NCBI GenBank assembly: GCA_038231275.1
Contig: JBBRLQ010000001.1
Span: forward strand, 640,001-704,000
Origin: Polyangiales bacterium
Lineage (GTDB): Bacteria; Myxococcota_A; Polyangia; Polyangiales; Polyangiaceae
Direction: 5' to 3'
Length of the DNA: 64,000 nt
Shown: positions 19,887 to 29,620 of the stretch, one piece after another
How the letters are laid out: each line of letters starts with the position of its first letter
Numbering within the stretch: the first letter of the stretch is position 1
Notes under the pieces: model-generated
Databases searched by the model: none
What the model was told of the DNA's origin: nothing
The model's input: only the letters and a program-made list of their open reading frames with translations
Translations under genes and position numbers: made by a program

Positions 19887-20254
19887 CCGCGGTACTCGCA
19901 GCGCGCGTCGCTCGTCTCCCAAAGCGTGACCTGCTCGAGGCTCGGGAGCTTCGGCTTCATCTTGTCCCAGATCCACTTCGCGAGGACTTCGCTCGTCGGG
20001 TTCTCGAGGCCAGGGATTTCGTTCAAGAGGTGGTGATCGAGCTGTGCGTTCAGCGGCGCCCAGATCTCGTAGAGCTCCCCGAAATCGATGAACCAGCCGG
20101 TCTCCGGGTTCACGGGGCCGCTGACGGCGAGCTCCACCTTGAACGAATGCCCGTGCATCCTCGCGCACTTGTGGCCGGGCGGGACCTTCGGCAGCTGGTG
20201 GGCGGCTTCGAACTTGAACTCGTGGACGAGACGAACGTGGCTACTAGAAGTCAT
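19883..20254 (-). CDS. queD: 6-carboxy-5,6,7,8-tetrahydropterin synthase
   Basis: [35 protein letters not shown]. Confidence 0.93.
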   Translation of the reverse strand: MTSSSHVRLVHEFKFEAAHQLPKVPPGHKCARMHGHSFKVELAVSGPVNPETGWFIDFGELYEIWAPLNAQLDHHLLNEIPGLENPTSEVLAKWIWDKMKPKLPSLEQVTLWETSDARCEYRG

Positions 20255-20337
20255 GACGCTCCGGGGGTCACAGCTTGCACAAAGCCGCGCAGTCGGCTAC
20301 CAATTCCGCCCCCCGAAGAAGGAACGCAGGAACCGCC

Positions 20338-20463
20338 ATGTACCTCATGCTCTCGAAGAAGCCGCGCAAGGCGAACCGCACGAAGACCGGCCGCTACCGC
20401 GCCAAGCTCAAGGCGAAGGATCGCAACCGCCGCAACCGCGTCTACCAGGCTGGCAAGCGTTAG
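20338..20463 (+). CDS. 41-aa very basic small protein
   Basis: MYLMLSKKPRKANRTKTGRYRAKLKAKDRNRRNRVYQAGKR; AGGA SD; strongly biased codons (AAG, CGC, AAC). Confidence 0.65.
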   Translation: MYLMLSKKPRKANRTKTGRYRAKLKAKDRNRRNRVYQAGKR

Positions 20464-20503
20464 AGCCGGCGAGCGCGCGCGGCGCCGCGAAGATGCCGCG
20501 CGC

Positions 20504-21091
<588 letters not shown>

Positions 21092-21121
21092 CGATTCGGC
21101 CCTACCACTTGTCCTCGTCCC

Positions 21122-21604
21122 TCAGTCGTTGAAGAGGTTGTCGATGTCTTCGTCGGTGATCTCGGCGAACGGAGAGTCCGCACCCGGCTCGGCGACCTTC
21201 TTCAGCAGCGACTCGAAGATGTGATTGAGCTCCTCGCTCGCCTTCTTCACGCGCAGGCGAACGAGCCCGAGGCTCGAGCGCGAGTCGAAGATGACGACGA
21301 GGATGACGCGGTTCCCCACGAGCTGAATGTGGATGTTGGCCTTCTCGCCCTCGTGGAACTGAGTGGCAAACTCGTTCTCTTTCAAGAGCTTCGCCATGCC
21401 ACCCGTCGCGGCGATGTTGCCGGCGGTGAGCGACGCGAGGCTCGTCGTATCGACGTGGTCGATGTCGCCGCTGGCGGCGATGAGTTGACCGTTCTTGTCG
21501 ACGATGAAGACGACCTTGGCGTTCGCGTCCTTCACCAGACGGTCTACGACCGCTTGGATCTGGTTGAACTCCTCCTCGTACATCACCATCTGCGGATTGA
21601 CCAT
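21122..21604 (-). CDS. mglB: Roadblock/LC7 GTPase-activating protein MglB
   Basis: VMYEEEF, DTTSLASLTAGNIAATGG, SSLGLVRLRVKKAS and EITDEDIDNLF; lies directly upstream of mglA. Confidence 0.97.
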   Translation of the reverse strand: MVNPQMVMYEEEFNQIQAVVDRLVKDANAKVVFIVDKNGQLIAASGDIDHVDTTSLASLTAGNIAATGGMAKLLKENEFATQFHEGEKANIHIQLVGNRVILVVIFDSRSSLGLVRLRVKKASEELNHIFESLLKKVAEPGADSPFAEITDEDIDNLFND

Positions 21605-21786
21605 TCGACCCTCGCCTACTAGCTCGCGGTACTGGGGCGCGACGGCTGCACTTCATTTCCGATGGGCGCCAGGCCAGGCCGAGCAACCCAAAGGCTTGTA
21701 AACGGTTTTATCCGATCGGAGGCCCATTCAGCAAGGAGACCGCAACGAAGCGAAAAATGAGGCAAAAGGCGGCACCCTCGCGGACC

Positions 21787-23145
21787 TCATGCGCAGAAGC
21801 GGGTGACGGCGTCGTAGAGCACGCGAACGCCCCATTTCAGGCCGTCGACATGCACCCGCTCGTCGTCGCCGTGGTACATGCGCGTGAAGCTGACGCCGTC
21901 GTCCGGTAGGCGAATCGGGCTGTAGCCGTAGCATTTGGTGCCGAGCCGGCTGTACGCCTTCGAGTCGGTGAAGCCCGGGATCATGTAGGGAAGTGGGTGT
22001 CCGGACGGATCGTGCTCCCGCAGCGTTCGCGCGAGCTCTTCGAAGAGCGGCGTGGTGCTCGTCGTCTCGGTCGCCGGCATCGCGCGGATGACTTCGAGCT
22101 TCGCGTCCTCGCCGAGGACCTGACGCAGCTCCTCGAGGAAGCCGCTCTCGGTCTGGCCCGGCAATGTGCGGCCATCGAGCTCCACCGACGCGCGCCCCGG
22201 AATGACATTCACCTTGCTGCCCGCGCGCAGGACGGTGGGCGACGCGGTGTTCGACAGCATCGCGCCGAAGCTCCTCTTTTGCCCGTCGTCCTTCACGAGC
22301 CAGTCGAGGATGTGCGGCGCGATCTGAGGAACCGTCAGGCGCTTCAGCACGGTGCTCTGCGGCTGCGGCAGGTTCGCCGCGAGCTCGTGGATGAAGCGCG
22401 TCACCACGGTGGTCGGGTGCATCGGCAGGCGCGTCTTGCCGAGCCGGGCGATCGCGGCGGCGAGGCGGATGACCGCGCTGTTCGGATCGGGCATCGAGCC
22501 GTGACCGGGCGATCCCTCGAACGACGCGCGCACCCAGCAGATGCCCTTCTCCGCGACTTGGATCGGATAGAACGTGCGCCCGAACATGTGGAGCGAGAAC
22601 GCGCCGATCTCACCGAGCATGTACTCTGCACGCACCAGATCGGCGTGATCGTCGACGAGGAAGAGGCTCCCGTTCTCGCAGCCGGCCTCCTCGTCGGCGA
22701 CGGCCGCGAAGATGACGTCGCGCGAGAGCTTGCGACCGCTGCGCGCGACGAGGGAGAGGACGCACGCGCTCATCGCCGCCATGTGCTTCATGTCGATGGC
22801 GCCGCGGCCCCAGAGGTAGCCCTCGTGGATTTCCCCGGAGAACGGGCCGTGCTTCCAGCGTGACGCGTCGGCCTCCACGACATCCACGTGCGCGTTCAAG
22901 AGGAGCGGCGGCTTCTCACCGGTCCCCTTCACGCGCGCGACCATGCACGCGCGCGCCTTCTTCTTCGCGACCATGACCGGCTCGACCTTCGCCTCGCGGA
23001 GGAAGTCCGCGAGCGCCTCGGACGCGGGCTTCTCGTTGCCGTCGTCGTCGGCGCCGTTGCCGCGGTTCACGGTGGGGATGCGGATGAGCGCGGAGAGGAG
23101 CTTCACGCACGCGTCGCCCTCGGCCTGCCAATCGAAGTCGGTCAT
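21787..23145 (-). CDS. M20/M25/M40 family metallo-hydrolase (ArgE/DapE-like)
   Basis: LNAHVDVV, GRGAIDMK, ADEEAG, GFTDS and YHGDDE. Confidence 0.9.
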   Translation of the reverse strand: MTDFDWQAEGDACVKLLSALIRIPTVNRGNGADDDGNEKPASEALADFLREAKVEPVMVAKKKARACMVARVKGTGEKPPLLLNAHVDVVEADASRWKHGPFSGEIHEGYLWGRGAIDMKHMAAMSACVLSLVARSGRKLSRDVIFAAVADEEAGCENGSLFLVDDHADLVRAEYMLGEIGAFSLHMFGRTFYPIQVAEKGICWVRASFEGSPGHGSMPDPNSAVIRLAAAIARLGKTRLPMHPTTVVTRFIHELAANLPQPQSTVLKRLTVPQIAPHILDWLVKDDGQKRSFGAMLSNTASPTVLRAGSKVNVIPGRASVELDGRTLPGQTESGFLEELRQVLGEDAKLEVIRAMPATETTSTTPLFEELARTLREHDPSGHPLPYMIPGFTDSKAYSRLGTKCYGYSPIRLPDDGVSFTRMYHGDDERVHVDGLKWGVRVLYDAVTRFCA

Positions 23146-23935
23146 CTACTCGATCCGGATCTGGATGCCCGCGCCGAAGCCGAACTCGCGGCCGCCGGCG
23201 GGCTGATTGATTTGGGGGAAGAGGAACTGCGTCTTGAAATCGAGGAAGCTCGTGATCTGGTAGCCGAGGCCGACGCCCATGCGAAGATCGGTGCCGGCCT
23301 TGCGGAAGCGGAGACCGGTCATGGGGCCCAGCCAGAGGCGCGAGGTCGCGGCGAACCAGACGTCGACCGGGGCCGAGACGCCGCTCTGGAAGGGCGTCGT
23401 GAAGATGACCGGCACGTAGGCGCCCATGTCGATGCGCGCGACGTCGCCGAGGTGGAACATGACCGGCATGCCGAAGAGAAAGCCGGGGCGCGAGCCCGCT
23501 TCGAAGGGGAGGTACGCGCGTCCTTGGAGGGCGAGCTCGGCGACGCGAACGCGGACGATGGTGCCGGTGATGCTGAATTCGGGGTTGGCGAACGGGTCGG
23601 CGCCGACGCCGAAGGTCTGCGCGTCGTAGAGGCGGCCGTACGCGTCGGCGCCGAGAGCTCGGCCCTCGCTGCCGCCGCGCACGCCGGTGCGGAGACCGAG
23701 CTGGAGGTGCGACGTGACGCCCACGGCCCCCTCCAGGTTGACGCCCACGCCCGTGACGTTCGCGTCGCCGACGCCGACGTGCGCGACGCCGAGGCCCGCG
23801 TCGAACGCCCAGTCGTGAACGAGGTAGCGTGATCGGACGGAGGACCCAAGGCTCCGCGGCGCGCGCGTCGCGCGGATCGTTGGCCAGGGCAAGCGCGCCG
23901 ACGATCACACCCGCCGCGATCCCCGCGCGCTTCAC
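23146..23935 (-). pseudogene. Outer-membrane beta-barrel protein with an apparent +1 frameshift near 23818
   Basis: The signal peptide VKRAGIAAGVIVGALALA...PWVLRPITLPR lies in a different frame from the barrel body HDWAFDAGLG...GAGIQIRIE; removing one base at 23818-23819 joins them. Confidence 0.7.
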
Positions 23936-24180
23936 GGCGTGAACCTCACACTTACCTCGACCTCCGCGTCGGGATCCTTCCCGCGCGACACCGGCACCGC
24001 GACGAACGCCGGGTCCGCACGAAGCGCGGTCATGACTGCCGTCAGGAGGCGCGGCCGCACGCTGGCCTTCCACGCCTCGAGCCACGCGTAGCCGTCGGCG
24101 TCGCCTTCGTACTCGTCGCCGAACTCGGCCTGGAGATCGACCGAGATGACGAAGCGCCCTTCTTCGCGGTAAGCCGGCAT
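23932..24180 (-). CDS. Hypothetical 82-aa protein
   Basis: MPAYREEGRFVISVDL...; normal codon bias; its stop overlaps the next GTG (GTGA). Confidence 0.7.
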   Translation of the reverse strand: MPAYREEGRFVISVDLQAEFGDEYEGDADGYAWLEAWKASVRPRLLTAVMTALRADPAFVAVPVSRGKDPDAEVEVSVRFTP

Positions 24181-24197
24181 GTGGTACGAAACGTACC

Positions 24198-25148
24198 ATG
24201 CCGACGGCGGGTCTCGCGGTTCCCGGAGCGCTGCCGCCGGCGGAGATCGCCGCGCGCTCGCGGGAGGCGCTCGACCGACCGCTCGCGCACGACGTGGAGC
24301 TGACGATCGCGCACGCCACGGGGGAGGCGGTGCTCCTCGGCGCGTTTCAGCGGGTCGGCGCACGTGACGGAAAAGATGTAAAATACACATTTCACCGCCG
24401 AGGCTCGGGTGGCGCCGCGTTCTTCGTCGGACCAGGGACGCTGTGGGTGTCGCTGGCGCTCGCCACGCTCGACGCGCTGGGGCCGTGCCCGCCAGACAAG
24501 ATCCTGAACCGCCACGTTCGCCCGCTCCTCCGCGCGCTCCGGCGATGCGGCGCGCTCGCGCACTACTTCGGCCGTGACTGGGTCTCCGTCGCGCACCGTC
24601 CGGCGGCGGCGATCGGCTTCGCGCATGACCGCGCGTCGGGGCGGACGCACGTGGAGGCGTTCGTCGCGGTCTCGACGCCGTTCGTCCGCACGGAGGACGC
24701 GGGTCGCGCGTCCTTCCTCGGCAAGGCCCCCGGGACGCTCGAGGAGCTGACGGGGAAGCCCCTCGCGATGGACCGTCTCTCGAGCGCCGTCGCCGAAGCC
24801 TTCGTGCCCGACGCGATCCCGTTCACGCTCGCGCAGCTCGTGGACGCCGGCACCGATCCGCGCGACGATGCCCGGGCCGATCCCGCATGGACCGTGACCG
24901 CAGAAGAGGCGATCGGTGAAATCGGGGTGGCCATCGACGCGTCCGGTCGCCTCACCGTCGGCGGAGATCTCATGGTCTCACGTGACGCGCTGACGGATCT
25001 CCACGGGCGCTTGGCCAGCGGCGAGGACGCCGATCACGCACTCGACGCGTCGCTCGCCGCACAGGGGGTGGCTCTCGAAGGCGTTCGCTCGCTCCGGTCG
25101 TTCGCCGAGCTAATCGTGCGCGCGCGCGCATCGTCTCCGTCGAGCTGA
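24198..25148 (+). CDS. Lipoate-protein ligase (BPL/LPL superfamily)-like protein
   Basis: LLGAFQR and RRGSGGAAFFVGPGTLWVSL resemble the LplA RRxSGGG motif; the downstream catalytic Lys is not evident. Confidence 0.6.
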   Translation: MPTAGLAVPGALPPAEIAARSREALDRPLAHDVELTIAHATGEAVLLGAFQRVGARDGKDVKYTFHRRGSGGAAFFVGPGTLWVSLALATLDALGPCPPDKILNRHVRPLLRALRRCGALAHYFGRDWVSVAHRPAAAIGFAHDRASGRTHVEAFVAVSTPFVRTEDAGRASFLGKAPGTLEELTGKPLAMDRLSSAVAEAFVPDAIPFTLAQLVDAGTDPRDDARADPAWTVTAEEAIGEIGVAIDASGRLTVGGDLMVSRDALTDLHGRLASGEDADHALDASLAAQGVALEGVRSLRSFAELIVRARASSPSS

Positions 25149-25149
25149 A

Positions 25150-26652
25150 TTAGAACCGGGCCTGGAGCACGCCGGAGACCGTCTCGATCTGCTTCGACGG
25201 CGGCGTCTTGCCGGGGGTATGCACGTTGTCGATCGCGTGATCGATCTCCGCCATGAGCTGTAGCCCGCGCGTGAAGTGCACGACTGCGACGAACGCGTAG
25301 GTGTCGCGCGCGTTGTTCGCTTGTGCGGTGTCCGGCGAATAAAAATCGTAGCGCGCGCACAACGTCACCCAGTGCGAGACGTCCTGCTCGACGCGGAAAA
25401 ACAGGCTCCGCTCGTCTTTGCCGTCCACGTCGTCGCCGATGTTCGCCGGCATCGCGGGGAGACCGATTCCGGGGCCGTACTTGGTCCCGCGGTCCATGTT
25501 GTGGCCGAGGATGACCTCGCCGAACGCCTTGGTGGCGCCGAGCTTCTTCGAGAACGTGTGGTGGAAGCCCGCCTCGAGCTGCCCGGCGGCGCGTGGGTAC
25601 TGTTTGAACTTGAGCGCGGTCGTGTCGATGATCTGGCCCTGGCCGTAGTACGCGCCGAGCCCGACGTCCGCGATGCCGAAGTCGTAGTTGACCCGCCCGA
25701 CGACGTCCTTGCCGCGGTTCAAGTCGGGGATCACGGCGAAGGTCTTCTCGCCGATCATCTGTCCGTTCACGACGGCGAACTGCCCGGTCAGCTTCTCTTT
25801 GAACTTCGCCGATGCGCGCGCGCCGGTGTCGTACTCGCCGGGGAAGAGGTTCTGCTCGCCCCAGCTCCGCTCGATGAAGGGGCGGTCCGCGTCGCCCTGG
25901 AGGACCTCGTAGCTGAACGGGACTTTGAAGATGCCGGCGCCGTACTCCGCGACGAAGTCCTTGGTCCAGCGCACGATGCCGACCGCCTCGACGTTGCGCG
26001 CGATGGTGCCGGTCCCGCTGGTGGGCCCGCCGGACGGTGTCGGATCGATCTCGAAGACGAAGCGAGCGCTCTCGGACGGCATGAACTCGGTCTTGAGGCG
26101 CGCGCGGCGGAGGCGGAAGAACGTTCCGTTGGTGGTCGTTCCGTCGGTCTTGGCGGTGATGTCGTTCGCGGAGATCGAGTGCGGGAGGGTGCCGCCGTTC
26201 GAGTTGGGCGACGACGCGGCGTTGTAGACTTGCCACAAGAACTGCGGCTGCACGAAGCCGGTCAGCTTGAACATGCGGAGCCAGCGGATGCTCTCGGCCT
26301 GATCCTTCTCGATCTCCTCGTCCTTGTTGAGGCGGGCCTCGAGCATCTTGAAGCGGTTGTCGATCGTGGTGTCGCGGTTCGGATCGGAGGGGCCGCCAAT
26401 CGCGGGCGTGACGGCGTGGACCGGCTCGGGGGCCGGCGGGGTCAGCGGCATCAGCGCGCTTCCGGACGTCGACGCCGGCGTCTGCGGCGGACCGGCGCTC
26501 GCGGCGGCCGCTCCCGAATTTGCGGGCAGCGGCGCGGGATCGGCGGCAGCGCGCGGCGAGGGCCACGGCGGCGGTGGCGACGGCTGCTGCGCGCGCGCGG
26601 ATGCCGACAAGAGCGAGAGCGGAAGGAGCGCGAGGAGGAGGTGCGGTCGCAT
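25150..26652 (-). CDS. Porin (OprO/OprP-like beta-barrel)
   Basis: Signal peptide, Pro-rich linker, short coiled coil, FRLRRARLK, FKVPFSYE...RPFIERS and C-terminal LQARF. Confidence 0.8.
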   Translation of the reverse strand: MRPHLLLALLPLSLLSASARAQQPSPPPPWPSPRAAADPAPLPANSGAAAASAGPPQTPASTSGSALMPLTPPAPEPVHAVTPAIGGPSDPNRDTTIDNRFKMLEARLNKDEEIEKDQAESIRWLRMFKLTGFVQPQFLWQVYNAASSPNSNGGTLPHSISANDITAKTDGTTTNGTFFRLRRARLKTEFMPSESARFVFEIDPTPSGGPTSGTGTIARNVEAVGIVRWTKDFVAEYGAGIFKVPFSYEVLQGDADRPFIERSWGEQNLFPGEYDTGARASAKFKEKLTGQFAVVNGQMIGEKTFAVIPDLNRGKDVVGRVNYDFGIADVGLGAYYGQGQIIDTTALKFKQYPRAAGQLEAGFHHTFSKKLGATKAFGEVILGHNMDRGTKYGPGIGLPAMPANIGDDVDGKDERSLFFRVEQDVSHWVTLCARYDFYSPDTAQANNARDTYAFVAVVHFTRGLQLMAEIDHAIDNVHTPGKTPPSKQIETVSGVLQARF

Positions 26653-26694
26653 GGCAGCGTTGGCGCCCAACGTACCATCCTTTCGCGCGTGTCC

Positions 26695-28689
26695 TCAGCG
26701 CGACGGAGGCACTTCCCAGACGCGCGCCTCGCGGAAGATCCGAACGAGCTCGCCGTCGACGTGGCCGTCTTTCACGCTGAAATCCAGGATGTCGAGCGCG
26801 CGCTCCACCGGCACCGCCTTCTTGTACGGGCGATCGCTGGCGGTGAGCGCGTCGTAGATGTCCGCGATCGACATCATCTTGCTCTGCACCGGGATCTCCT
26901 CGGCGCGCCACCGGTTCGGATAGCCCGTCCCGTTGAGGCGCTCGTGGTGCGCGCCGGCGATGATCGGGACGCGGCGGAATTTCTTTCCCCACGGGATCTG
27001 CGTGAGGAACTTGAACGTGTGCGACACGTGCGAGCGGATCTCGTCGAACTCGCCGCTCGTGAGGCTCCCCTTCTTCACGCTGAGCGACACCGTCTCGCGC
27101 TCGGTCAGGAGCGGCCGCATGACGCCGGCGCTGTCGGTGAACGACTCGCGCGCGAGCGTCTCGATCTTCTGGAAATCGCCGGCCGCCAGCACCGTCGGCT
27201 CGTTGGCGGCGCAGATGGACTGGAACGCCGCCTCGAGCTCGATGCGCTTGTCCTCGAGCTCCTTGTCGAGCGCGTCGAGCTCCGCCTTCGGCGCGTGCCG
27301 CTCGAGCGCTCGAACCTTTCGACGTAGCACGTCGGACTCGGTCGACTTGATGACGTAGTCGAAGCGCGCGCGCACCAGCTCGAGCTCCTCGTCGTAGAGC
27401 TTCTTCGCCTTGACGAGCACCTTCTCGCGGACGCCGATCTTTCCGAAGTCGTGGAGCAGGCTCGCGTACTCGAGCTCGCGGATGTCCTCGCGCGAAAAAA
27501 TCGCGTCCTTGTACGGACCGATCGCGACGCCGTCGACGACCTTCGCGAGCCCCACGGTGTAGTCGGCGACGCGGCGCGAGTGACCGCTCGTCGTCGGATC
27601 GCGCGACTCGATCGCCTCGACGCTGGCGCTCACGAAGCCCTCGAAGAGGCGGCGGATCTCGTCGTAGAGGAGCGCGTTCTCGAGGCTCGCGCCTGCTTGC
27701 GCGGCGACCATGCCGAGGAGCTCCTCGCTGCGCGCGTCGAAGGGGATCACCTGGGCCTGCAGGTCCTCCTTCTCGAAGAGCTTCTTCGCGGGATCCTTCT
27801 TCTTGTTGATCAGCTGGAGGACGCCGATGACCTCGTCGCGTTGCGAGATGAGCGGCGCGGCGAGGACGCTCTGCGTGCGGTAGCCGGTGCGATCGTCGAA
27901 GCGGCGGTCGAAGCCGAACGGTGAGCCGGCGGGCAGATCGTAGACGTCGGCGATGTTGATCATCTTGCGATCGATGGCGGCGCTCCCCGCGATCGAGCGG
28001 TTATTGAGCGGCATCGTGAACTCGCGCGAGTCGAAGCTCACCGAGTCGTTCTGCGCGAGCTTGAAGCGGAGCTGCGGGCTCTTCTCGTCGCCCTCGACCA
28101 CGTAGATGCTTCCCGCGTCGGCGCCGGTCACGAAGCGGCTCTTTTCGAGGATGATCGAGAGGAGCTTGTCGACGTCGCGCTCGGTCGTCATCGCGCGCGC
28201 GATGTTGATCAGCTCGCCGAGCTCGTACTGGTAGCGGTTCAGCCACTGCCCTCGCATCTCTGCGCGCGCCTTCGCCTCCATGAGCTCGAACGCGCGCGCC
28301 GCGGCGACGTAGAGCTCGTCCTTCGTGGGCGCAGCCGGGATGATGCACGCGAGGCCGGTGTTGATGGCGTGCTCGAGCTTCGTGTCCTTCGGGTGACCGA
28401 GGAGGATGAGGAGGGCGCGCGACTCGGCGAAGCGCGCCGCGAACGGCTTCAAGAGCTCGCGACCGTTGTCCCATACCGCGCTCGGCGCGATCACGAGCGC
28501 CACCTCTTCGCGCGTCGCGAGCACGAGGAGCGGATGCGGGCGGGTGACGCGACCCTCGGCGAGTCGCGATTCCTGCGCGAGCGTCGTCTCGACGAAGGTC
28601 ATCGCGGCCTTCATCATGTCGGCGCCGCCGACCCATCGCGAGTTGGGGGCCGCGTCGCTCGATTCCGGATCGAAGTGAGATTCCGTCAT
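26695..28689 (-). CDS. GAF + HD-GYP cyclic-dinucleotide phosphodiesterase
   Basis: GAF domain (GADAGSIY, IGVLQLINK); GHSRRVA, LLHDFGKIG, HHERLNGTGYP and ADIYDAL..RPYK. Confidence 0.92.
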   Translation of the reverse strand: MTESHFDPESSDAAPNSRWVGGADMMKAAMTFVETTLAQESRLAEGRVTRPHPLLVLATREEVALVIAPSAVWDNGRELLKPFAARFAESRALLILLGHPKDTKLEHAINTGLACIIPAAPTKDELYVAAARAFELMEAKARAEMRGQWLNRYQYELGELINIARAMTTERDVDKLLSIILEKSRFVTGADAGSIYVVEGDEKSPQLRFKLAQNDSVSFDSREFTMPLNNRSIAGSAAIDRKMINIADVYDLPAGSPFGFDRRFDDRTGYRTQSVLAAPLISQRDEVIGVLQLINKKKDPAKKLFEKEDLQAQVIPFDARSEELLGMVAAQAGASLENALLYDEIRRLFEGFVSASVEAIESRDPTTSGHSRRVADYTVGLAKVVDGVAIGPYKDAIFSREDIRELEYASLLHDFGKIGVREKVLVKAKKLYDEELELVRARFDYVIKSTESDVLRRKVRALERHAPKAELDALDKELEDKRIELEAAFQSICAANEPTVLAAGDFQKIETLARESFTDSAGVMRPLLTERETVSLSVKKGSLTSGEFDEIRSHVSHTFKFLTQIPWGKKFRRVPIIAGAHHERLNGTGYPNRWRAEEIPVQSKMMSIADIYDALTASDRPYKKAVPVERALDILDFSVKDGHVDGELVRIFREARVWEVPPSR

Positions 28690-28735
28690 GCGCGACGCCC
28701 TCCTCGCTCTCCGCGCAAGTGTACACTACCGGCCG

Positions 28736-29554
28736 ATGCCGGAGCTCCCCGAGGTCGAGCACGCACGAAGAGGCCTGGTCACCTGGACCAAAGGGCGCAC
28801 CATCACGCGCGTGGTCGTCGCGGACGCGCGTGTCGTCCACGGAGGGGCGAAGGCGAAGGTGCCCGCACGCCTCGCGGGGCGACGGGTCATGGCCGTCGTT
28901 CGCCGCGGAAAATGGCTCGAAATGCAGCTCGACGAGGGGCCGCGCCTCTACTCGCACCTGGGGATGACCGGCAAATGGGTCACGCGCCCGCTCGACGCGC
29001 CGGCCGAGCGCTTCGAGAAGGCGCGCTTCGATCTCCTGAAGGGCGGTGTCGCGACGAGCGTGCGTTACATCGATCCGCGCGTCCTTGGGAGGATGCGCCT
29101 CGAGGATCCCGAGCCGGCGTTCTGGCGCAAGCTCGGGCCCGATCCGCTTCACGACGGCGTCGATCCGAAGGCGCTCGCAGCGAAGCTCGCGAAGAAGGCC
29201 CTCGCGATCAAGGAAGCCATCATGGACCAGGCGATCCTCGCCGGGGTCGGCAACATCCTCGCGACCGAGGCGCTCTTCCTCGCGCGCATGGACCCACGGA
29301 CGCGCGCCGATCGCTTGGGCGCCGCCGCTGTGAAGCGCCTCGCGCGCGCCATCGTTCAGGCGATCGAGCGCTCGCTCGCACTCGAGGCGGGACCCGAGAT
29401 CACCTACGTGTCGGAGTCCCGCAAGACCAACCCGTTCGCGGTCTATGGTCGCGGCGGGGAGCCTTGCCCGCGCTGCAAGCAGGCGCTCACCCGGATCGTC
29501 CTCGGGGGCCGCGGCACCGTCTTCTGTTCGAAGTGCCAGCCCCGCCCCGTCTGA
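28736..29554 (+). CDS. mutM: Formamidopyrimidine-DNA glycosylase (Fpg/Nei family)
   Basis: N-terminal MPELPEVE, RRGKWL, HLGMTG, AGVGNI and C-terminal zinc finger CPRC...FCSKCQ. Confidence 0.93.
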   Translation: MPELPEVEHARRGLVTWTKGRTITRVVVADARVVHGGAKAKVPARLAGRRVMAVVRRGKWLEMQLDEGPRLYSHLGMTGKWVTRPLDAPAERFEKARFDLLKGGVATSVRYIDPRVLGRMRLEDPEPAFWRKLGPDPLHDGVDPKALAAKLAKKALAIKEAIMDQAILAGVGNILATEALFLARMDPRTRADRLGAAAVKRLARAIVQAIERSLALEAGPEITYVSESRKTNPFAVYGRGGEPCPRCKQALTRIVLGGRGTVFCSKCQPRPV

Positions 29555-29620
29555 GCTCCTTGTCGGTCGCGAAGTCGTTTGCCCGTTCCGGTCAAGCGAC
29601 GTTCGCTCTAGTGTCTCCTC

